This document shows positions 1 through 10,475 of a stretch of 64,000 nucleotides of DNA, one piece after another. The DNA comes from Mobula hypostoma. Lineage: Eukaryota. Numbering within the stretch: the stretch's first letter is position 1; the number at the start of each line of letters is the position of its first letter. The translations under genes were made by a program, and so were the position numbers. The notes beneath the pieces were generated by a model. That model did not search any database, was not told the DNA's origin, and was given only the letters and a program-made list of their open reading frames with translations. The stretch is from assembly GCF_963921235.1 (NCBI RefSeq), contig NC_086097.1, positions 5,766,001 through 5,830,000 of the forward strand, in the 5' to 3' direction.

Positions 1-600
1 ATGTGCTGAGCTGTGTCCAAAACACTTTGCAGTTTCTTGTGGTCGCATCCACAGCAGTTGTCATAGCAAGCTACTACGCACTCAGACAGAACACTTTCTA
101 TGGTGCATCAATAAAATATCCAAGCGTCAATGGGGAAATGCTAAATTTCTTTAGCCCCAAAGACCATGAGATGTAGGAGCATTATTAGGCCATTTGGCCC
201 ATTGAGTTTGCTCCACCATTCTATCATGCCTGATTTCAGAATCAGAATCAAATTCACATTTATTATCACCAGCATATGTCCTGCAGCAGACTCAGTGGGA
301 CGAATGACCTAATTCTGCTCCTTATACCTGACAGTCTTATGGTTTATTGGGACTACAACAATTGAGCAGAAGGAACTAGAGGAATTGCTTAGCTTTGTTG
401 GCCGTGACATCACATCAGCATAGATGGACCAGGACAGTCTATCAATGGTGTTCACACAAAGGGACCAGGAACTCTCAATCCTCTCAATGGCAATACCACT
501 GGTGCAGACAGGAGCATATGTACCCCTTTCTGAAGTCAATGACCAGCTTGTTGTGCTGATCACATTGAGGGAGGGTTTATTGTGATTTATGTTGCATGCC
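1..600 (-). mobile_element. Rex1/Babar LINE RT fragments (1-155 and 340-600) with short CR1 3' pieces between them
   Basis: Minus strand gives decayed FY.CTIESVL and SLNV...ERIES...LSWS motifs of the Rex1 RT C-terminus. Confidence 0.6.
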
Positions 601-681
601 CACAGTTTGATCATGGGACAGTGGGATGATGTAATGGTCTTGTAAGTGGGTTGATGTAATTGTCTCATGACCATGGGGTGA

Positions 682-1458
682 TGTTATTTCATGTGATGGC
701 ATGTTCCCTACAGTATTTAAGGAAGCCGCCAAAGTGTGACGCAGAATTGTACTTTCTATTTTAAGGTGCAAACACATTGAGCTGGCAGTTTCACCAATTG
801 CTGCCAGTTTTTGTTTGCTGCACCTTTGTTTTACCTTTACAGTCAAGTATTGGAGAGCGAAGGCCTTACTAAAGTACGAGAACCCATAAGTTTATGACGT
901 TTGGTATTGTGGAAGTGATCGACTGTTTGGAATTGGAATCGTCTGGGAAATTGTGGCAGGCTTGTCTGAGTTAAACGCCTGCAAGTTCAGGACGGTTTAT
1001 GCAGTGTCCACCCTCCCGAGAGGAAAGGTCAGTTACTTTATGACTTTATATTTGGCGTGACTCCTTTGGACAAGGCATCGCTCGACTGTGATCGACAGGT
1101 TCACCATTTTCTTCGGAGGAATTATTGCTGCAGTAAACTCTTTCCTTAAAGACTATGAAACTCACTTGGACTTTTCAACTTACTACTTTAAGACTGTGTT
1201 TGAATTTACCCTTTTATCTCCTTAAAGACTGTGAAACTCACTTGGACTTTTCAACTTACTACTTTAAGACTGTGTTTGAATTTACCCTTTTTCTGAAGTA
1301 TTTCTAAGTTCAACTGTTTGTTTGATATAGCCGTATAACAGTTAACTTCCAGTTAAACTAGTTTGTTTACTTTTCAATGTTTTTGAATAGAGGTTAATAA
1401 ATATTGCTGTTTGTTTATAAAACCTGACTCAATTTCCTATCCATTGTTGCTGGACGCG
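682..1458 (+). mobile_element. Probable solo or partial LTR
   Basis: Starts TGTT, is non-coding, has AATAAA near 1396 and an LTR-like U5 end (ccattgttgctggacgcg). No terminal CA or TSD found. Confidence 0.35.
1143..1292. repeat. Tandem direct duplication, 76-bp unit x2
   Basis: tccttaaagact(a/g)tgaaactcacttggacttttcaacttactactttaagactgtgtttgaatttacccttt starts at 1143 and again at 1219. Confidence 0.95.
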
Positions 1459-1569
1459 GTTTCTCTTCCCTTGCATGCAGCCTGACCTATTGAGGCAATA
1501 CAGAATTTTCTGTTATTTCAGATTTTCATCAGCAGCAGTTTTTCACATTTTCATCTGTCTAATGTCATC

Positions 1570-1695
1570 ATGTCCTGAGGAAGGGTCTTAACCCGAAAGG
1601 TTGACTGTTTATTCCTCTCCATAGATGCTGCCTGACCTGCTGAGATCCCCCAGCATTTTGTGAATTTCCAGCATCTGCAGAATCTCTTGTGTTTC
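1570..1695 (+). mobile_element. Penelope-like pLTR fragment with minimal hammerhead motif at 1570-1607
   Basis: gtc-CTGAGGA-a-gggt ctta accc-GAAA-ggtt-gactg, followed by the recurrent atagatgctgcctgacctgctgag...cagcatctgcag end. Confidence 0.75.
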
Positions 1696-1899
1696 TCATA
1701 AGTGGCAATCATTGGCATTCAACTTTGCTAGTTCAGATGCACAAGCTTCTGTAATTACCACAGAATTGAATCTACTTTACACTACATCTACTTTGCAACA
1801 TCAAGTAGTTATTTATTTACAGATACAGAACAGTAACAGACGATTCCAGGAACATCACTGAAGTCGTGTCCAGAAGCACCAATAGATGTATGTACACAG

Positions 1900-2145
1900 C
1901 ATTTACAGATACAGAACAGTATCAGACCCTCTGGCCCAGCGAACCTGTGCTGCCCGATTACATTCAAGTGACCAACTAGCCAACTAACCAGTATATCTTC
2001 GGGATGTGGGAGGAAAGCGGCGCACCCAGAGGAAATCCACGCAGTCACAGGGAGAATTTACAAACTCCTTGTACACAGCGCCAGATATTGAATCCAGGTC
2101 ACTGTCACTGTTAATAGTTATGCTAACCACTACGCTACCATGCAG
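1900..2145 (-). mobile_element. tRNA-derived V-SINE (HE1-like)
   Basis: Minus strand has A box tggtagcgtagtggttagc, B box ggattcaat, and the V-domain ttctccctgtgactgcgtggatttcctctgggtgcgccgctttcctcccac. Confidence 0.75.
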
Positions 2146-2169
2146 CTTCAAGTAGTTTCATTTCTAGCA

Positions 2170-2870
2170 CACAAGTGCATAAGAGATTGAAATTATTGGT
2201 ACACTGGATCTGATGCAGCATAAAAAAACACAACAAGATAAAGAACATAACAATAATAAAAAACACAATAAATATAAATACATAAGATAGCTTATATACA
2301 TAGATTGATTAATGTCCATAACGTGACACTGGAGTGTCTGCACATAAGATGAGGCTGACAGGAAATGATAGTGGTGGCTGGGGTTGTGGAGAGGTGGGTT
2401 AGCGGGTGGAGCTGTTGATCAGCCTTACTGCTTGAAGAAAGTAACTGAGTTTGGTGGTTCTGGCCGGGAAGCTATGTAGCTGCTTCACTGATGGGAGTGA
2501 GACAAACAGGTTGGGTGGGACTGCAACAAGAGGTCATTGGTTAAAGGTGAAAGGAGAAAAGTTTAAGGGAAACATGAGGGGAAACATCTTCACTCAGAGG
2601 GTCATGAGAGTGTGGAATGAGCTGATCGCGCAAGTGGTGCATGTGAGCTCAATTTCAACATTTAAGAGAAGTTTGGATAGGTACATGGATGGCAGGGATT
2701 TGAGGGCTGTGGTTCAGGTGAAGGGCAATGGGATTAGGCAGTTTAAATAGTTTGGCCATTTTGCTGCACCTTTCTGTATATATGTCCTTGATAGGTAGGC
2801 TGGTGCCAGTGCTGCGTGGGACAGTTTTGACTAGCCAGTTGTATGATTGGATTTTCCTGTGGATCTCTCA
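2170..2870 (-). mobile_element. Rex1 3' region interrupted by a plus-strand CR1 3' end (about 2510-2755)
   Basis: Same 3' UTR family as 27900-28425 and 36830-37250. The insert encodes CR1 TRGHWLKV...FTQRVMRVWNEL. Confidence 0.65.
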
Positions 2871-3744
2871 GTGATGTTTATAATGTTCCATTAGTTCCAC
2901 CTTGCACTGATTTCTTTTGCTCTATGAGAAGAGAACAAGACACCTAACTGGAGCTTGTAAATCCATTATGTGGGAATGATCTTCTGGATGATTAATGAGA
3001 TCTGGCTCACTCGAGACTATTTGGAAAGATTCATTGGCAAAATAAAAGGCTACCACTGTAGGTTATTCAGCAAAGGCTTGACAGTATTGTTAGTTCCAGG
3101 AAGCGTCTTGAAATCAATTTCAGAAGATGCACAATTTTTCTTTTTGGCTCAGTATTCCTGCTGGAGGTAGCTTTCAGGTGAAATGAGAAACTAATTTATT
3201 TTACAGAAAATGAAGGGCTCAACAAAATATAGTTTTTATTGACTGTCAATCAATTACAAAGCACCCTGATAGTATGAGGTACAGAATTCATTGCCATTTT
3301 ACAGCATAAAATAAGGCTTTCATACAAATCTTCTGGCTCGGTGATAGTGCAGTCAGCTGAGCTAAGCTGTCAAAAGCATACACATAAAGGTTTTAAACAG
3401 CGGCAAGATAATACAAAGTGTAGATAGAGCATTCTCTTCCAATAAAAAAAGTTTGCTGTACCTTACCATAACATAAGCAGCATTATGAAGTTACAATAAC
3501 GCATTATATTCGGCCCCTGAAATTCATTTCATTGACTTCACTGGAACTGAACTCATGAAGTAGAGTGCTGCACATGGATAAAATTATGTAGTGTAACTTG
3601 TCCAGAGCTTCTCTCGTATATAGTGCTATCTCTGATAGATATTCTGGGCAAGCACCCTTTTTCACTACCTTCAGGAAGGAGTATCAGGACATGACTGCCA
3701 GACTGGGAAATAGTTTCTTCCCTCAGGCGGCAAGATGGAGCACT

Positions 3745-4510
3745 ACAGGAGCACAGTGGTTGGCACATCGCTTTACAATGCCAGCGACCAGGGTTCAATT
3801 CCCACCACTGTCTCCTATCATCATCATTATGTGCTGAGTTGGATGATGTAGCCAGTCATGTTCTTTCCATAAGAAAGGCCCTTGTGGCTACAGGGGTCAG
3901 GGGGTATGGAGGGAAGGCTGGGTTCTGAGTTGGATGATCAGCCATGATCATAATAAATGGCGGTGCAGGCTCGAAGGGCCGAATGGCCTACTCCTGCACC
4001 TATTTTCTATGTTTCTATGTTTCTATAACCATGATTATTTTTGGCAACTTTTACTACAGAAGTGCTTTGCCATTGCCTTCTTCTGGGCAGTGTCTTGACA
4101 AGAAGGGTGACGCCAGCCATTATCAATATTCTGCAGAGATTGTCTGCCTGACATCAGGGGTGACATAACCAGGACTTATGATATGTATCAGCTGCTCATA
4201 CGACCATCCACCATCTGCTCCCATGGTTTTACTGACCCTGATCAGGAGGCTAAGAAGGTGCTACACCTTGCCCAATGATGACCTGCAGGCTAACCGAGGG
4301 AAGGAGCGCTTTGCACCTCCTTTAGTAGAGACATGTCTCTACCCTGCTGTCTGTAAGGAATTTGTGTGTTCTCCCCATGACTGTGTGGCTTTCTCTGGAT
4401 ACTCTAGTTTCCTCCCACAGTCCAAAGACATACAGGTTAATTGGGCACATGGGTGTAATTAGGCAGCGGGGGCTCGTTAGGCTGGAAGGAATGGTTACTG
4501 TACTGTAACA
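3745..4510 (+). mobile_element. V-SINE split just after its B box by a BovB/RTE-related short element (about 3813-4345, minus), itself holding a CR1 tail (about 3870-4025)
   Basis: A/B boxes at 3750-3803 and V-domain resuming at about 4348, with ctgtct on both sides of the insert. The insert carries tttgccattgccttcttctggg; the CR1 tail is (ttctatgt)n. Confidence 0.65.
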
Positions 4511-4844
4511 CTGGAATAACTTAAAATTAAAATTAATGAATACCTGATCACCACTGAGGTCTCATCACTATGACAGTGAGCTGTTTGCTGTTTACCTGTG
4601 ATGCACACCACATGCACTTTGTATTGTATTATATGAACTTAGTTGTGGTAATATTTAGTTTTTTTTGTGCAGAGCTTTGTGGGTGCACCATGGTGCAGAG
4701 GAACATTGTTTCATTTGGTTGTATACGTGCACAGTCAGATGACAATAAACTTCACCTTAACTTAAACTTAGCCTTACCAAACACTATATTTTCAATAAAA
4801 CAGTCATATTAAATAAATCCACTGTCGAACAACTGCAAAGCATA

Positions 4845-5905
4845 TTGGAGAGGGTCCAGAGGAGGTTCACGAAAATGATTCAGGGAATAAGAGGTTTAAT
4901 GTATGAGAGGTGCTTGATGGCTATGGGCGGGTACACATTCAAGTTTAGAAGAATGAGGGGGTATCTAATTGAAACAAATCAAATATTGTAAGGCCTAGCA
5001 TGGTCGCATTGTTTATTCCAGGGACCAGCTGCTTGCGCTTATGCCGGCCGGTTTAGCGAGCAGAGCGGCGGACATCCCTGGTGAAATCTGGAGGAAAACA
5101 CACAGAGGATGCAGAGGGGGATCACAAAGTCGAGAAAAGAGGACCAGGTGGAGACAACAGAGACTTATGGAGAAGGAGAGTTCGGTGGGTAATAAAATGG
5201 ACGAGTTCACGGCGCTAGCCAGGCATCAGAGAACATTTCGGGAGTGCAGTGTTATGTGTTTCACTGGAACGGGGCTGCACGAGGACATACCCGATCAAAA
5301 CTTTTCCATGGACGGCTTCCAGACTGTTCGGGCTGACCGGAAGTGCACTGAGTGCGGTAAGCGTAAAGGAGTTGGGTGATTACTTTTCTGGTTAACAACA
5401 GATGGTGCAATCCGGGTCATATTATGATCGAGGAACGTGTTTGTAGACCGGATATTGAACTTTTTACCGTTGGACTTCGGCTGTAAGCAGGGAGGTCGTT
5501 CCTGCTTGTGGCCATCGAACTTGCAGCTTCTCCCGTGCAGGGTCAGACATCCTGTGCCAATAGGCTGGTCCTGGACTTTTATCCATCTGGCATAGTTTGC
5601 ATTTTGTTGTTTGATTGTTTGTGGTTTTTGTATTGCTATATTTATGCTCTATTCTTTGTTGGTGTGGCTGTAACAAAACCCAATTTCCCTCGGGATCAAT
5701 AAAATATATATATCTACCTATCTATCTAAATAGAGTGGATGTGGAGTGGATTTTTCGTATAATGGGAGTAGTCTAGGACCAGAGGCCACATCCTCGGAAT
5801 AGAGGGATGTCTATTTAGAACAGAGATGAGGAGGAATTTCTTCAGCCAGAGGGCGTTGAAAGTGTAGAATTTATTGTCACAGATGGCTGTGGAGGCCAAG
5901 TCAAA
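4845..5905 (+). mobile_element. CR1 3' fragment interrupted at 4999-5728
   Basis: ERVQRRFTKMI motif; aggcctag (to 4998) continues as atagagtggatgtggag at about 5730. Confidence 0.75.
4999..5728 (+). mobile_element. Internally deleted Rex1/Babar element: 5' endonuclease part joined to the 3' end
   Basis: RGCRGG...NKMDE...CSVMCFT..LH...GFQTVRADR...GKRKG endonuclease motifs at 5041-5480, then aatttccctcgggatcaataaa and a (tatc)n tail with no RT. Confidence 0.75.
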
Positions 5906-6169
5906 GGTGCAATGGATAAAAGGTTCATGACATTGTCAAAGTATGTATGTATAATACAACTTTGATATTTGTCTTCTCCAGATAGCCATTAAATACACAA
6001 AGACCATGGGTGTTGAAAGAAAAAAACATCAACTCCCCCAGACCAGCACGAAAAAGTAATGTCAACTGTTTATTGTCCTCGCATCAATGCTGCCTGGTAT
6101 GCTGAGTTCTTCCAGCATTTTGTATGTGTTATTATAAGCTTTATTCTCCTACTTGTTCACAGGGCTTAA

Positions 6170-6690
6170 AATCAGAATCAGAATCAGATTTAATATCATA
6201 TCATCGGCATATATTGTGAAATTTGTTAACTTTCTGGCAGCAGTATAATGAAACACATGATAAATAAATATGGAGAAAAAATTGGTTACATTAAGTTTAT
6301 ATCTGTCTATTAAATAGACAAGTTGAAAATAAGAAGGTCAAAAACAAAATCACAGAAAAATAAAGGTCATGAGGTAGTGTTCATGGGTTGTGTCCATTAG
6401 GAAATCAGATATTTCCGTGTTGCTGAGTGTGCACCTTTAGGATTTTGTACCTCTTCCTGATGGTAACAGTGTGAAGAGGGCACGTCCTGGATGGTGGAGA
6501 CCCTTAATGATGGATGCCACCTTCCTAAAACACTACTCCTTGAAGATGTCTTGGATACTGCAGAGGCTACTACCCATTCTGGAGCTGACTAATTCTACAA
6601 GTTTCCGCAACTTATTTGATCTTCTGCAGTAGCCCCCACTCCCCATACCAGACAGTGATGCAGCCAGTCAGAATACTCTCTACAGTACAT
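6170..6690 (-). mobile_element. Rex1 3' end
   Basis: (atcaga)n tail; minus strand encodes CTVESILTGCITVWYG...KVASIIK..HHPG. Confidence 0.75.
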
Positions 6691-7589
6691 TTCTTTGCAC
6701 TGTAGGTCTTACAGTAATTTCAAATTAAAGGTTCAGAAGTTCAAATGTTCATCCATTATCAAAATATACAACTCTGAATTTCTTCTTTTCCAGCTAGCCA
6801 CAAAAGCAAGAAGGAAAAGAACAGCAGCACGGTCATCAAACTCCAAAACTCCCTCCCCACATAAAAAAAATGAACAAAAATGGTACAGGCAAGTCAACTC
6901 CCAAATTCCCCTCCCCACACACAAAAAAAGAGAATGATCAAGTGAAAGCAGAGAATATAAAACCACGAAGACTGATAAAAGTCCATATCCCAAAGGCAGA
7001 AAACCTAGCTAACATTCTCTGGGTACAGCGGCAGGCCTTAACCTCTTCGGTAGCAGAGCGACCACACCAGCGATCAAAAGGTAGTCTCTCCTCTCTGGCA
7101 GCAGAGCGATCCCACCAGCAAATTATTTACTATCTAGTGCAGTCAGCAATTGAAAATCGCTGCCACATAAATGTTGTTACCAATAACTGATAACTTACTG
7201 TTTAATCAACACCTGCTAAGAACATTTGAGAGTTAATGGTTTTTACAATGCATCAAGTTCAATTTTAATTGATATTGGAAATTTGAATTTCCAAATTAGC
7301 TTCAGGCATTCAAAGTGCTACATCTCTAGTGCACTCTGCAAAGATATTTTCAAACAAATTAAAATAATTATCAAAAATAATCATTTTTTAGGCAAGGACA
7401 TCCATGGATTACTTGATGTTATTCTTGCCCATCTTCCACTGTGAAAACCTTCTCAGAATCCGAATTAGGTTCAACATCACTGGCAAGTGTCATGAAATTT
7501 GTTGGTTTTTGGCAGCAGTACATTAACAATGCATAGTAATAAATACTATAAATCACAATAAGAAATATATAATTAAATTAAATAGCTTG

Positions 7590-7994
7590 TTGTTCCCTTA
7601 TTCAAGAAAGGGAGTAGAGATAGCCCAGGAAATTATAGACCAGTGAGTCTTACCTCAGTGGTTGGTAAGTTGATGGAGAAGATCCTGAGAGGCAGGATTT
7701 ATGAACATTTGGAGGAGCATAATATGATTAGGAATAGTCAGCATGGCTTTGTCAAAGGCTGGTCGTGCCTTATGAGCCTGATTGAATTTTTTGAGGATGT
7801 GACTAAATACATTGATGAAGGTAGAGCAGTGGATGTAGTGTATATGGATTACAGCAAAGCATTTGATAAGGTACCCCATGCAAGGCTTATTGAGAAAATA
7901 AGCAGGCATGGGATCCAAGGGTACTTTGCTTTGTGGATCCAGAACTGACTTGCCTACAGAAGGCAAAGAGTGGTAGTAGATGGGTCATATTCTT
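7590..7994 (+). mobile_element. CR1 RT fragment
   Basis: PLFKKGSRDSPGNYRPVSLTSVVGK...QHGF...MDYSKAFDKVPH. Confidence 0.9.
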
Positions 7995-8414
7995 GTTCAT
8001 TTGACTAATTCATTATGGGTAATATGTACAAAAGTTTGTAAAAAAAATCAGTTAATTGTATATGCCATCATGCTACCATGTGGTACGTGCGTGCTTCACT
8101 TAAAGTAAACTTGAAGTTAAACCCTTAATTTCAGACTCCTATGTTTTCGTTGAATTAATTTAATATTTTGACATTATAAAACATGACATTGGCAATGGAG
8201 TATTTCAAAAATGAACATGACACGGCTACCGACCTGTTAAAGTGGAGCAAGACTTTTGAAGTTTAAAAAACAACTTAATGCAGCAGAGCATGTGGAGACA
8301 CAGTCTTCAGAAGGGAAAACATGATCCAATATTTTTTTAAGTCTGAAGATGGAAGAATTCAGTGCTCATAAACTGTGAGTACTGGGTGATACTAGTCATT
8401 AAAAAAAATCAGAA

Positions 8415-9130
8415 ATGACAAGATAGATCAAAAAGATTGACGAGTTTGATTACACAATGAGTAATTGGCTCATGTATACTGAGCTATCTGAACAGTATTT
8501 TGAAGCAAATGACATGCGAGGACCAATTTTGTGAAGTGCATTAGGTTTTAATATATATAGTTTGATTTGAAGTTTGAATGCTCCAACCAGATCTGCAGAA
8601 GTGAGCCTTGGTGATTGTCAAAGCAATGCAGGAACATTCAGAACTAAAGCAATTGTTGGTGGCAAAATGTTTTAGATTTCAGAAGTGGAATCAAAAGGAA
8701 GGGGAGTCCACTTCAGCTTACATGGTTGAATTGAAGAAGTTGATTGAGCATTGCCAGTTCAGGGATGGGCTTAATGTTGCACTGAGAGATCATTTAGTTT
8801 GTGTAATCTTACAAGAAAGCATTCAAAAACAGCTCCTAACTGAGGGACAAAAAAAAATTTAAACAAGCAATGAAATCGCTATGTCAATGGAAATCAGAGA
8901 GACACATCTGAGTCACAGACAGGAATGAAAGTGAGCATGAACAAAATTTCAGCATTGAAACAGAAAGCTGCCTGGCCCAACAAATTGAGTTGCTGTTGTG
9001 GCAGGACCTCACATACTGTACACCAAATAAATGCAGATTTAAAATTGAAACTTGCAGAAAATGCAGCAAAGTAGATCACATACAGTACAAAGAGCATGTC
9101 AGGCACACAAATGTTACTGGACTGCACAGG
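8415..9130 (+). pseudogene. Gypsy gag, disrupted
   Basis: FRFQKWNQKEGES.SAY..ELKKL.EHCQF.DGLN.ALRD.LVC..LQESIQKQLLTE, plus two degenerate CCHC knuckles at about 8990-9090. Confidence 0.85.
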
Positions 9131-9179
9131 GAAGAGTAAAAGATAAAATCTGATACGGATGAGAGTAACACAGGATTGA

Positions 9180-9422
9180 AAACACAAAATACTCTGCAGA
9201 TGCTGGGGTCAAAGCAACACTCACAACACCCTGGAGGAACTCAGCAGGTTGGGCAGCCTACCAGCCTTCTCCTTCCCACCCTCCCCCCCATCTTCTTTAT
9301 AGGGCCTCTGCCCCTTCCCTCTTCCGTCCTGACGAAGGGTTCCGGCCCGAAACGTTGACTGATCATTTTCACGGATGCTGCCCGACCTGCTGAGTTCCTC
9401 CAGCGTGTTGTGAGTGTTGCTC
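9180..9422. mobile_element. Penelope-like insertion: inverted pLTR pair with 14-bp TSD
   Basis: taacacaggattga flanks both sides (9166-9179 and 9423-9436); about 9213-9258 is the reverse complement of about 9378-9422. Confidence 0.85.
9324..9361 (+). ncRNA. Minimal type I hammerhead ribozyme motif (Penelope-associated); best-preserved copy in the window
   Basis: ccgtc CTGACGA a gggt-tccg-gccc GAAA cg tt gactg: conserved core, stem II, palindromic ACGT stem III and stem I gtc/gac. Confidence 0.75.
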
Positions 9423-9479
9423 TAACACAGGATTGAGCAGCCTTGAGATTTACACTGTGAAAATTAACAATAGACAAGC

Positions 9480-9755
9480 AATTGGGTTACGGCAGACATG
9501 AATGACAAATTAACTAAAATGGAATACTGGGGATAAGATAACTCCTGTGGGAATGACATTTGTAACAGTGAAATACAACAACCAACAAGCCACACTGAGC
9601 TTGTATGTGGTAAAGTCAGAAGGGCCAGCATTGTGGGACATGATTGGCTGAGACAACTGCAACTTGATTGGAAATCCATCTGCAGTTTGCATGCCACATT
9701 CCCCACAATGAAGTCCACTGAAAGTGAACTATGAAAGTTACTGAATGATGCCACA
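9480..9755 (+). pseudogene. Gypsy protease region, disrupted
   Basis: ITPVGMTFVTVKYNNQQATLSLYVVK..GPALW...DWLRQLQLDWKSI. Confidence 0.7.
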
Positions 9756-9758
9756 AGC

Positions 9759-10475
9759 GTGCCCATGTCGAACACCATAAATTGTTGTCCAACAGAGGAC
9801 AAACAGTTAATGGTGCCAACCTCTGTGTCTCTGCTTGGGAAGCATATTGGACCAAGGAAGGACCATGCTGCTCAGAGGAAGCATGGAAGTGACAAAAGCA
9901 GTGGTCCGACTACAACAGTTTTTGTTGGCAACATATCTGAGAAAGCTTCTGATATGTTAATCAGGCAGTTATTTGCAAAATGTGGCTTTGTTTTATGCTG
10001 GAAGAGAATTCAAGGAGCTTCAGAAAAGTAGCAAGCTTTTGCCTTTTGTGAGATTAAAAAAGCAGAATCTATTCTGTGTGCATTAATGTTATCGTAGGAA
10101 CTTCAAGTCGGAGACAATAAACTAAACTGCTTGTAAAAGTAGAGGCAAGGACCAAAGTCCAGCTGGATGAATGGATGGTCAAAAAGACAGGAGTCAATGG
10201 AGAAACAAAAACAGAGGATTCTTCTGATGTCGTTGTGGATGAGGAAACCAAAATGAGAGATGAGTTTGTAAAGGGAGCAACAGAAGGATTAATAAGAGAA
10301 TACTCCGGTGAACTAAATAGACCTTACCAAGATCAGGATGCACAAACTAGAAGAAGAAAAAGTTGAGGGAAGTGATGGAGAGAAAGAATGGGAGTGAGTA
10401 AGAAAAAGGTGTGAAAGAGAGAAAAGATGTGAGAAAAGAAAGAAAGAGATCAAAGTAGATCCAGAAAGAGAATGG
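9759..10475 (+). pseudogene. RBM25: Processed RBM25 fragment (RRM plus part of the Arg/Glu-rich region) with stops and a frameshift
   Basis: GPTTTVFVGNISEKASDMLIRQLFAKCGFVLCWKRIQGASEK*QAFAFCE...LLVKVEARTKVQLDEW...VDEETKMRD...LIREYSGELN matches the RBM25 N-terminal RRM region as I recall it; no introns. Confidence 0.9.

Noticed and set aside
9759..10366. RBM25 as the functional host gene
   Set aside because: It has no introns, carries in-frame stops and a frameshift, lacks the C-terminal PWI domain, and is embedded in an LTR element.
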